Below are positions 1 through 7,314 of a stretch of DNA of 41,363 bases, one piece after another. Source of the stretch: Candidatus Parcubacteria bacterium (GTDB taxonomy: Bacteria > Patescibacteriota > Minisyncoccia > Minisyncoccales > JAGMDC01); the NCBI GenBank assembly GCA_023131895.1, contig JAGLYZ010000002.1:1-41363 (forward strand). Reading direction: 5' to 3'. The notes under the pieces were generated by a model. The model made no database searches. It was not told the DNA's origin and saw only the letters and a list, made by a program, of their open reading frames with translations. Numbering within the stretch: position 1 is the first letter of the stretch; each line of letters starts with the position of its first letter. Both the position numbers and the translations under genes were made by a program.

Positions 1-290
1 CGTGAGACAGGTTGGTCCCTATCTACCGCAGGCGTCGAGTCTTGAGGAGGGTTGGTCCTTGTACGAGAGGATCGGACTGAACTAACCTCTGGTGTACCAG
101 TTGTTCCGCCAGGAGCATAGCTGGGTAGCTAAGTTGGGAACTGATAAGTGCTGAAAGCATCTAAGCACGAAGCAGGCTCCAAGATCAGGACTTTTAAATC
201 GGTCGAAGAACACGACCTTGATAGGACACAGGTGTAAGCGCCGTAAGGCGTTAAGCCAAGTGTTACTAATGATTTATTAAAATATTTCTT
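1..290 (+). rRNA. rrl: 23S rRNA, 3'-terminal ~290 nt (partial; gene continues upstream of the window)
   Basis: Domain VI signatures are present: CGTGAGACAGGTTGGTCCCTATCT at 1-24, the sarcin-ricin loop GTACGAGAGGATC at 61-73, and GTGCTGAAAGCATCTAAGCACGAAG at 148-172. The region is GC-rich relative to the rest of the window. The 3' end is approximate. Confidence 0.9.
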
Positions 291-338
291 GGCTAGTAAT
301 TAATGACCATAAACTTTATTTAGTATAGAGTTCTGCTA

Positions 339-446
339 TTTGGTGGTAATACCGGAGATGTTCCACCCGATTCCATATCGAACTCGGAAGTGAAATTCTT
401 CAGGGCCGATGATAGTCCTTTGGGCGAAAGTAGGTCGCCGCCAAAT
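339..446 (+). rRNA. rrf: 5S rRNA
   Basis: About 108 nt with typical 5S ends (TTTGGTGGTAATACC...GTCGCCGCCAAAT) and internal CCCGATTCCATATCGAACTCGGAAGTGAAA. It lies about 50 nt after the 23S end. An 18-bp perfect helix (326-343 pairing with 441-458) extends helix I by about 9 bp, which looks like a precursor processing stem. Confidence 0.85.
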
Positions 447-466
447 AGCAGAACTCTATTTAAAAA

Positions 467-495
467 CCCCTGATTCTATATCAGGAGTTTTTTTA
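467..495 (+). terminator. Rho-independent terminator after the rRNA operon
   Basis: Hairpin CCCCTGAT-TCTAT-ATCAGGAG (one mismatch) followed by the run TTTTTTTATTTT. Confidence 0.6.
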
Positions 496-497
496 TT

Positions 498-525
498 TTG
501 AAAAATGTATATAAATGTATATAAT
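498..525 (+). promoter_or_regulatory. Sigma70-like promoter of mreC (TTGAAA-16-TATAAT)
   Basis: TTGAAA at 498-503 and TATAAT at 520-525. The ATG at 533 is 7 nt after the -10 hexamer, so the transcript would be leaderless or nearly so. The promoter is embedded in a direct repeat AAATGTATAT x2 (503-522). Confidence 0.4.
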
Positions 526-532
526 AGAAATA

Positions 533-1333
533 ATGAGGTTTAATATTGGAAAAAGAAAAGTTATAATAATAGCCTTAGTATTTTTACTTTTTTTATTTTT
601 AAATCTATCTGGTCTTTCAAAAGAAGTGAGAGAGGTTTTTTATAATATTTCTTATCCTGTTCAAAAAGTTTTTTGGGAAAAGGGGAGTGTTGTGTCTAAT
701 TTCTTTAGCCCTATTTTCAATGCAAAAAATTTAAATAAAGAAAATTACGAATTAAAATATAAAAACCAAGAGTTTATTCAACAACTTATTTTTTTACAAG
801 GATTAGAAGAAGAAAACAAAACACTAAGACAAGCGTTAGAAATTAATTTACAAAAAGAATTTAAATTAGTATTTTCAGAAATAATTGGAAAAGATATAGG
901 TGAAGATTTTATTTTAATAAACAAAGGCGCAAAAGACGGGGTTCTGGAAGGCATGCCTGTTATTACTTCAAACAAGATTTTAGTCGGAAGAATTAAAGAA
1001 GTTTATGAGAGTTTTTCAAAAGTAATACTGCTTTCTAATAAAGCTAAGGAAAATTCTTTTTATGTTAAAATTCATTCCCTTGATATTTCTATCAAAGCGA
1101 AAGGCAAAGGGGGTTCTAAATTATCTCTGGAAATGGTTCCTAAAGATCAAGAGCTTTTAAGGGGAGAGATTGTGAGAACTGATATTTTAGGAGGAATTTT
1201 TCCAAAAGATCTTTTGATTGGTGAAATTCAAAAAGTTGAAAAAAACGATGTTGAGCCATTTCAAAAAGTAGAGATATCGCTCTTTTTTGACATTAAAGAA
1301 TGTAATTATTTATTTGTTATTTCGGAATTTTAA
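533..1333 (+). CDS. mreC: Rod shape-determining protein MreC
   Basis: N-terminal TM helix, a coiled-coil segment (LQGLEEENKTLRQALE), then the beta-rich MreC core (INKGAKDGVLEGMPV, GEIVRTD..GGIFPKDLLIGEI). It is followed by mreD and PBP2. The ORF is open from 515. I prefer a start at 533 (MRFNIGKRK) because of the promoter position. Confidence 0.8.
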   Translation: MRFNIGKRKVIIIALVFLLFLFLNLSGLSKEVREVFYNISYPVQKVFWEKGSVVSNFFSPIFNAKNLNKENYELKYKNQEFIQQLIFLQGLEEENKTLRQALEINLQKEFKLVFSEIIGKDIGEDFILINKGAKDGVLEGMPVITSNKILVGRIKEVYESFSKVILLSNKAKENSFYVKIHSLDISIKAKGKGGSKLSLEMVPKDQELLRGEIVRTDILGGIFPKDLLIGEIQKVEKNDVEPFQKVEISLFFDIKECNYLFVISEF

Positions 1334-1345
1334 AAATTAAGAGAT

Positions 1346-1657
1346 ATGTTAAAAAAAATATTGCTCGTCATTTTAATTTTTTATTTTTTAACTTTATTTC
1401 AAGCAAGCTTTATGCCTTTTTTTGATATAAAGGGATTTACTATAAATATTGTCTTGGCTTTAGTAATTTTTATAAATCTTTTTGAATCTCAAGACAAGAA
1501 ACTCGGCATTTACAGCGCTTTGGTCGCTGGATTTTTTTTAGATGTTTGGTCAAGCCAGTTTTTTGGGACAGAAATTCTATTATTAGTATTAACAGCGATT
1601 TTTATAAAATTAATTGTTAAAAAATATGTTCAAATTCCTACGTTTGGAAAGCTATAA
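1346..1657 (+). CDS. mreD: Rod shape-determining protein MreD-like small membrane protein
   Basis: 103 aa with 3-4 hydrophobic helices, positioned between mreC and PBP2 as in canonical mre operons. The call rests on position and topology, so sequence-level recognition is weak. Confidence 0.55.
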   Translation: MLKKILLVILIFYFLTLFQASFMPFFDIKGFTINIVLALVIFINLFESQDKKLGIYSALVAGFFLDVWSSQFFGTEILLLVLTAIFIKLIVKKYVQIPTFGKL

Positions 1658-3536
1658 AAACCGAAGAGTAAAAATAAAGTTTAAGGAAGAGATTGAACCT
1701 CAAGAAATTTTTTTAGATAAGCTGTCTAAAAGCAAATATGAAGATGGCGGTGTTTCTGAAAAAAAACTTGAGGTTCCTCTTTCAAAAAGAATCCTTCAGG
1801 GAATTTATTTGATTTTTTTAATCTTAATTCTTGTTCTTTTTGGAAAGACATTCCAGCTTCAAATAGTTCAAGGAGAAGATTTTTCTAAGTTGTCTAATGC
1901 AAACAAATTTATTGTTCAACAAATTGAAGCTCAAAGAGGAGTAATCTATGATAAAGATTTTATTCAGCTCGTTTTTAACAAAGCGAGTTTTGATTTAGTT
2001 TGCAATAAAGAGAATCTTCCTAAGAATGGAGAAAAAAGAAAACAAGTTTTTAGGGAAATTTCTGCAGTTATTGAAAAAGATATCGCTGTTCTTGATCAAG
2101 AAATAAATCAATCTCATGATTCTCCAGTTTTAATTAGCGAGAATCTTGCTTATGAAGAATTAATTGTACTTGAAGCAAGAAAAAAAGAATTTTCTGGATT
2201 TGAAATTGTTAATAATATAGTCAGAGGATATAAGGATGGAGAAATCTTTTCTCACATTATTGGTTATGAAAGAAAAACAGGAGAAAAAACAGGATTAGAA
2301 GATTCTTATAACCAATTTTTAGAAGAGAACTTAGGGAAAGTTGATATTGAAAGAGATGCTCAGGGCAATATAATATCAGAAAAAATTATTTCTCAGCCGG
2401 AACCAGGCAACAGTTTAAAGCTTTGGCTGGATTCTCAATTACAAGAAAAAGTTAAAACAGAATTAGAAGCAATAATTGAAGAGGTCGGTTCTAAAAAAGG
2501 AGCAGCTGTTGTTTTAGACGCTGAAACAGGCGGTGTTTTAGCAATGGTTAGTATTCCTAGTTTTGACAATAATCTTTTCAGCCAGGGAATGTCTGCTGAA
2601 CAATGGGAAGAAATGAGTAAGAACATAGATAAACCATTATTTAATAGAGCGGTTTCAGCTACTTATCCAACTGGTTCTACTATTAAACCCTTAATCGCTG
2701 CTGCTGCTTTGGAGGAAAACATAGTCACTCCAGAAAAAAAGATTTTTTGTGAGGGAAAAATTATTATTAATAGTCCATGGGATGAGGAAGTGTTTTGGCA
2801 ATTTAATGATTGGAAGGTCCATCATTGGACGAATATAAGGAAAGCTATTGCTGAATCTTGTAATATCTTTTTTTATACAGTTGGCGGAGGATATAAAGAT
2901 ATTAAAGGATTGGGAGTAGATAAAATGAAAAAGTATCTTGAGCTTTTTGGCTGGGCGCAAAAAACAAATATTGATCTTCCTGAAGAAAAAAAAGGATTTA
3001 TTCCAGATAAAGAATGGAAGAAAAGGTATTTTAAGAATAAAATAGATCAAATGTGGATGCCCGGTGATAATTATAATCTTGCTATTGGCCAGGGATATTT
3101 GGAAGTTACTCCATTACAGGTAGCTAGTGCTTTTGTAAGTATTGCTAATAGAGGCACTCTTTATGAACCAAGGGTGGTTAAAGAAATTATAGATAAAAAT
3201 AAAAATATTAAAGAAGAAATTGAGCCAAAAATTATTCGTCAGGATTTTATAAGCCAAGAAACTATTGAAGTTGTTAGACAAGGAATGCGGCAGGCAGTTA
3301 CCAATGGTTCAGCTACTGGCTGGCTGGATTCTTTACCAGTAAAAGCAGCGGCAAAAACAGGTACTACTGAAACAGGCAGAAAGGATTATTATCATAATTG
3401 GGTGACTGTTTTTGCACCTTATGATGACCCAAAAATTGTTTTAACTCTTGTCATTGAGGATGTTAAAGGCGAGATGGTCGCTGCACTGCCAACTGCCCGC
3501 GCCATACTTGATTGGTATTTTCGCCCGCAAGAATAA
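1614..3536 (+). CDS. mrdA: Penicillin-binding protein 2 (class B transpeptidase)
   Basis: N-terminal TM anchor and QLQIVQG dimerisation-domain start. Catalytic motifs are STIKP (SxxK), SCN (SxN) and KTGT. The start overlaps the mreD 3' end (1614, or an alternative ATG at 1626). Confidence 0.9.
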   Translation: MLKNMFKFLRLESYKNRRVKIKFKEEIEPQEIFLDKLSKSKYEDGGVSEKKLEVPLSKRILQGIYLIFLILILVLFGKTFQLQIVQGEDFSKLSNANKFIVQQIEAQRGVIYDKDFIQLVFNKASFDLVCNKENLPKNGEKRKQVFREISAVIEKDIAVLDQEINQSHDSPVLISENLAYEELIVLEARKKEFSGFEIVNNIVRGYKDGEIFSHIIGYERKTGEKTGLEDSYNQFLEENLGKVDIERDAQGNIISEKIISQPEPGNSLKLWLDSQLQEKVKTELEAIIEEVGSKKGAAVVLDAETGGVLAMVSIPSFDNNLFSQGMSAEQWEEMSKNIDKPLFNRAVSATYPTGSTIKPLIAAAALEENIVTPEKKIFCEGKIIINSPWDEEVFWQFNDWKVHHWTNIRKAIAESCNIFFYTVGGGYKDIKGLGVDKMKKYLELFGWAQKTNIDLPEEKKGFIPDKEWKKRYFKNKIDQMWMPGDNYNLAIGQGYLEVTPLQVASAFVSIANRGTLYEPRVVKEIIDKNKNIKEEIEPKIIRQDFISQETIEVVRQGMRQAVTNGSATGWLDSLPVKAAAKTGTTETGRKDYYHNWVTVFAPYDDPKIVLTLVIEDVKGEMVAALPTARAILDWYFRPQE

Positions 3537-3604
3537 AAAGATCAAGATAGATTTTTCAATTTTTTTGACTTAAAGCAAAAAATAGGATAACCTATAATTA
3601 GGTC

Positions 3605-3650
3605 AATTTTTAATTTTTCACTTTTCATTTTTAACTTGAGCGAAGCGAAT
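3605..3650 (+). promoter_or_regulatory. Conserved T-tract leader module upstream of lysS
   Basis: AATTTTTAATTTTTCACTTTTCATTTTTAACTTGAGCGAAGCGAAT: four T4-5 tracts with a 7-nt period, then AGCGAAGCG. Near-identical modules occur at 28271-28327 (minus, before rpmA) and 18644-18687 (before tRNA-Lys). A TATAAT at 3593-3598 would place the transcription start at the start of the module. Confidence 0.45.
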
Positions 3651-5156
3651 ATGTCAACAATAGAAGAAATTAGAAAAATACGTTTGAAAAAACTTAAAGC
3701 TATTGAAAAAGCAGGTTTTTCTGCTTATCCATTAGAAACAAAAAGAACTCATACTTGTTTAGCGGCAATTAAAGATTTTGCCAAATTATCCCGTTCTCAA
3801 AAAGAGATAATTGTAGTGGGCAGAATCCGCTCTATTCGTGAGCACGGCGGTTCAACTTTTTTACATATTAAAGACGGTACTGGCATAATCCAGATTTATT
3901 TTAAAAAAGACAGATTGGGTGAAAAAAGCTATAAATTCTTTTTGGAAAATTTTGACATTGGTGATTTTATTGAAACAAGAGGGATTTTATTTAAAACAAA
4001 AAGAGAAGAAAAAACTCTTGAAGTGAGTGATTATAAAATACTGGCAAAGGCATTGCTTCCTCTGCCGGAAAAATGGCATGGCTTAAAAGATATTGAAGAA
4101 AGATATAGAAAAAGATACTTGGATTTAATATTCAACCAGGAAGTGAAAGAAAGATTTATTTTACGCACAAGGATTATCAAGGAAATTCGCAGTTTTTTAG
4201 ATAAAAAAGGATTTTTAGAAGTGGAAACACCTATTTTACAGCCAATCTATGGCGGGGCCAAAGCAAAGCCGTTTAAGACCCATTTGAATGCTCTTAATAT
4301 GGATTTATTTTTAAGAATTGCCCCAGAGCTTCAATTAAAAAAACTTTTAGTAGGTGGTTTTGAAAAACTTTATGAAATAGGCAGATTATTTAGAAACGAA
4401 GGCATGGATAGGGAGCATAATCCAGAATATACTTCATTTGAACTTTATTGGGCTTATGCTGATTATAAAGATATGATGAAATTTTTTGAAGAAATGTTTG
4501 GATATTTCCTAAAAAAGACATTTGGTAAATTGGAGATTGAGTATGAAAATAAAAAAATTAACTTTAAAACGCCTTGGCAGCGAATTGAATTTTCACAGCT
4601 TCTTAGGAAATATGCGAAGATTAATTTGTCGGAAATAAATGAAAAGGCATTGGCAAAAAAAGCAAAGCAATTGGGAATTAAATTAGATAAGGGGATAGGA
4701 AAAGCAGAAATCGCTGATGAAATTTATAAAAAGTTTTGCCGTCCAAAAATTTGGCAACCAACATTTGTAATTCATCATCCATTAGGAAGTTTTCCCTTGG
4801 CAAAAGAACTTGGAAAAAGTAGTTCAGCGCACATTAGAGATGAAATTTCTGGGAAAGAAAAATTAGCCAATTTTCAATTAGTAATTGCTGGTTGGGAAAT
4901 AGCTCTGGGTTTTTCTGAACTTAATAATCCTTTAGAGCAGAGAAAAAGATTTGAGGAACAGGAAAGAATGTTTAAGAAAGGATTTGAGGAAGCGCAGAGA
5001 ATAGATGAGGATTTTTTAGGGGCGTTGGAATACGGTATGCCACCAGCTGCTGGTTTTGGAATGGGCATTGACCGCTTGGTTGCATTACTTACTAATTCGC
5101 ATTCATTGCGAGAAGTAATTTTATTCCCAACGATGAAAAAACGCTCAGAAATATAA
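3651..5156 (+). CDS. lysS: Lysyl-tRNA synthetase, class II
   Basis: OB-fold N-domain plus class II core: FLEVETPILQP, GGAKAKPF, LRIAPELQLKKLLVGGFEKLYEIGRLFRNEGMDREHNPEYTSFELYWAYADY, GMGIDRL. The ORF is open from 3636 (TTG); the ATG at 3651 is preferred. Confidence 0.95.
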   Translation: MSTIEEIRKIRLKKLKAIEKAGFSAYPLETKRTHTCLAAIKDFAKLSRSQKEIIVVGRIRSIREHGGSTFLHIKDGTGIIQIYFKKDRLGEKSYKFFLENFDIGDFIETRGILFKTKREEKTLEVSDYKILAKALLPLPEKWHGLKDIEERYRKRYLDLIFNQEVKERFILRTRIIKEIRSFLDKKGFLEVETPILQPIYGGAKAKPFKTHLNALNMDLFLRIAPELQLKKLLVGGFEKLYEIGRLFRNEGMDREHNPEYTSFELYWAYADYKDMMKFFEEMFGYFLKKTFGKLEIEYENKKINFKTPWQRIEFSQLLRKYAKINLSEINEKALAKKAKQLGIKLDKGIGKAEIADEIYKKFCRPKIWQPTFVIHHPLGSFPLAKELGKSSSAHIRDEISGKEKLANFQLVIAGWEIALGFSELNNPLEQRKRFEEQERMFKKGFEEAQRIDEDFLGALEYGMPPAAGFGMGIDRLVALLTNSHSLREVILFPTMKKRSEI

Positions 5157-5266
5157 CTTTTAGGATACGTTCGCTCACCCCATCCGGCTCGCTCACTCTA
5201 TCCTCGCCTCGCTCTCTCGCTCCGCTCGAACCATGCCCGCTCGGCTCCGGGTGCTCATAAAAGTTA
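5154..5266. repeat. GC-rich, C/T-skewed intergenic element bounded by inverted repeats
   Basis: TAACTTTTA (5154-5162) is the inverse of TAAAAGTTA (5258-5266), and CACCC pairs with GGGTG further in. The ~70-nt core is pyrimidine-rich with reiterated CTCGCT/GCTCGC units and is far more GC-rich than the flanks. Confidence 0.5.
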
Positions 5267-5290
5267 CATTTCCCTCGCTAAAATAAAATT

Positions 5291-6547
5291 ATGCTTGACA
5301 TAAAATTTATCAGAGAAAATCCAGAAAAAGTTAAACAAGGTTGTCAAAAAAAGCAGGTCAAGGTTGATATTGATCAGATTTTGCTTTTGGATAAAAAAAG
5401 AAGAGGATTCCTTCAAAAAATAGATTCTTTACGTGCTGCCCAAAACAAGATTAGCGAAGGAGGAGGAAAAGATAAAGCCCAAATTGAGAAAGCAAAAGAA
5501 TTAAAAAATCAGATTAAAAAATTAGAAAAGGAATTTAAAAAAACTTATCAAGAGTTTAACGCTTTGATGCTCCAAGTTCCGAATTTACCTTTTGATGATG
5601 TGCCAGAAGGAAAAGATGAATCAGAAAATAAAGTTTTAAGAGAAGGGGGCAAGAAGCCGAAATTTGACTTTAAAAACAAGGATTATTTAGAAATTGCTCA
5701 AGATTTGGATTTAATTGATATCAAAAGAGCAGCCAAAGTTTCTGGTACAAGATTTGGTTATCTAAAAAACGAAGCAGTTTTGCTTGAGTTTGCATTAATA
5801 AATTTCGCTTTTGAGACATTAACAAAGGAGGGTTTTATTCCAATTATTCCTCCGGTGATGATAAAATCAGAAACAATGGAGGCAATGGGTTATATTGCCA
5901 CAAAAGAGGATTTAGCCGAAAGATATTTTTTTGAAAAAGATAATTTATTTTTAGTGGGAACAGCAGAGCAGTCAGTTGGACCAATGCATAAAGATGAGAT
6001 TTTTGAAGAAAATGACTTACCAAAAAGATATTTAGCTTTTTCAACTTGTTTCAGAGAAGAAGCAGGTTCTTATGGTAAGGATACCAAGGGAATACTTCGG
6101 GTTCATCAGTTTGATAAGGTTGAAATGTTTAGTTTTTGCAAACCTGACATTTCAAAGAGAGAACATGAATTTTTTCTGAGCTTAGAAGAAAAATTAATGA
6201 AGGCATTAAATCTTCCTTATCAGGTAGTCAAAAATTGTAGTGGTGATATGGCATTTCCTACTGCTATTCAATACGATATTGAAACATGGATTCCTTCTGA
6301 AGATAGATATAGAGAAACTCATTCTACTTCAAATTGCACAGATTTTCAGAGCAGACGATTAAATATCCGTTATCGCAATTCTAAAACTCAAAAATTAGAG
6401 TTTATTCATACTGTTAATGGTACTGCTTTTGCTATTGGAAGAATTTTAATTGCCATTTTAGAAAACTTCCAACAAAAAGATGGCTCTGTTTTAATCCCAA
6501 AAGTTTTACAGAAATACTTAGATTGTAAAATTATTTCTAAAAAATGA
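5291..6547 (+). CDS. serS: Seryl-tRNA synthetase
   Basis: MLDIKFIRENPE start, a long coiled-coil arm, and class II core motifs (FREEAGSYGKDTKGILRVHQFDKVE, TVNGTAFAIGRILIAILEN). Confidence 0.95.
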   Translation: MLDIKFIRENPEKVKQGCQKKQVKVDIDQILLLDKKRRGFLQKIDSLRAAQNKISEGGGKDKAQIEKAKELKNQIKKLEKEFKKTYQEFNALMLQVPNLPFDDVPEGKDESENKVLREGGKKPKFDFKNKDYLEIAQDLDLIDIKRAAKVSGTRFGYLKNEAVLLEFALINFAFETLTKEGFIPIIPPVMIKSETMEAMGYIATKEDLAERYFFEKDNLFLVGTAEQSVGPMHKDEIFEENDLPKRYLAFSTCFREEAGSYGKDTKGILRVHQFDKVEMFSFCKPDISKREHEFFLSLEEKLMKALNLPYQVVKNCSGDMAFPTAIQYDIETWIPSEDRYRETHSTSNCTDFQSRRLNIRYRNSKTQKLEFIHTVNGTAFAIGRILIAILENFQQKDGSVLIPKVLQKYLDCKIISKK

Positions 6548-7314
6548 AAACTTTAGTTATCCTTCACGGCTGGCAGAGTTCAAAAGAGAAATGGCAAACC
6601 GTAAAACAAGAACTCCAAAAACGCACCGAGAACGGTTCTCGGTGTGTTGAAATTAAGGTAATTATTCCTGATTTGCCGGGTTTTAAGAAAGAGACACAAT
6701 TAGACAGAGTTTGGGATTTAGATGATTATATTAAATGGTTAGAGAATTTTATTTCTGAAAATTCGAAAACCTCTTGCCCTGAGCTTGCCGAAGGGTTTTA
6801 TTTATTAGGTCACTCATTTGGCGGCAGAATGGCAATAAAATTCGCTGTCAAGCATCCAGAAAAACTAAAGGGCCTGATTTTAGTTTCTTCTGCCGGCATA
6901 AAACCAAAACAAAACATTTTCTACTTGACGTTTCTTGCGGTCGCAAAATTTGTCAAATCTATATTTTTAAAAATTCCTATATTGAAAAATTCTTTTCCCT
7001 TTTTTAGAAATATTTTTTATAAATATATTTTAAGAAAAACTGATTATTTAAAAGCAGAAAAATTGCCATATCTCCAAGAAACTTTTAAGAATATCATTAA
7101 AGAAGATTTAAGAGAGTATTTTTCTAAAATTAAAATCCCGACTTTAATTATCTGGGGCGATAAAGACAGAATGACCCTCTTAAAAGACGCTTATTTGATG
7201 AAAGAAAAAATAAAAGGTTCAGAATTAGAAATTATAAAAAATGTTGCCCACACTCCGCATTTAGAAAAACCAGAAATTTTAGCTCAAAAAATCATGAATT
7301 TCATTAAAAAATAA
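6544..7314 (+). CDS. Alpha/beta-fold hydrolase
   Basis: Nucleophile elbow GHSFGG (GxSxG), IWGDKDR, and a C-terminal AHTPHLE (catalytic His region). ATGA overlap with serS. Confidence 0.8.
   Translation: MKTLVILHGWQSSKEKWQTVKQELQKRTENGSRCVEIKVIIPDLPGFKKETQLDRVWDLDDYIKWLENFISENSKTSCPELAEGFYLLGHSFGGRMAIKFAVKHPEKLKGLILVSSAGIKPKQNIFYLTFLAVAKFVKSIFLKIPILKNSFPFFRNIFYKYILRKTDYLKAEKLPYLQETFKNIIKEDLREYFSKIKIPTLIIWGDKDRMTLLKDAYLMKEKIKGSELEIIKNVAHTPHLEKPEILAQKIMNFIKK
6624..6644. repeat. In-CDS perfect palindrome CACCGAGAAC-G-GTTCTCGGTG
   Basis: 10+1+10 nt perfect hairpin palindrome, about 62% GC, in-frame in the hydrolase gene (encodes TENGSRC). The 22-mer 6624-6645 is identical to 13917-13938. Confidence 0.9.

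Noticed and set aside
2691-3050. The 119-aa minus-strand ORF, and the many similar 60-150-aa ORFs in the track. These are 778-975, 2435-2626, 4874-5068, 5844-6044, 9525-9746, 12005-12362, 12947-13141, 14336-14548, 14593-14778, 14937-15161, 15476-15700, 16213-16533, 17181-17366, 17363-17653 and 17592-18473. Further ones are 20572-20814, 21725-21946, 24843-25052, 25347-25550, 26660-26890, 29334-29534, 31122-31668, 32573-32965, 34822-35236, 35779-36000, 36971-37174, 37518-37733, 37897-38160 and 40029-40262.
   Set aside because: They lie antisense to, or out of frame within, well-supported conserved genes. Their composition is low-complexity (F/L/I/S/K-rich), typical of shadow ORFs in AT-rich DNA, and they have no start signals.
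3537-3650. T-box or lysine riboswitch upstream of lysS
   Set aside because: The leader is only about 50-110 nt and almost pure A/T. It lacks the specifier/antiterminator architecture and the conserved L-box core.
6544-6547. Alternative genetic code (TGA as a sense codon, as in Gracilibacteria/Absconditabacteria)
   Set aside because: TGA terminates several well-conserved ORFs at the expected protein C-termini (serS, murF, GT4, the flippase-like gene, pyrG), often within ATGA overlaps. The standard code 11 fits.
6766-6798. GC-rich in-frame islands with a CCGAAG/CTTCGG core (hydrolase SCPELAEGF at 6766-6798; FemAB-like SAEALAKED at 9026-9050) as further palindromic elements or UUCG tetraloops
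   Set aside because: Only 6-bp terminal complementarity and no perfect symmetry. CTTCGG occurs about 5 times on both strands against about 6 expected from composition, so it is not enriched.
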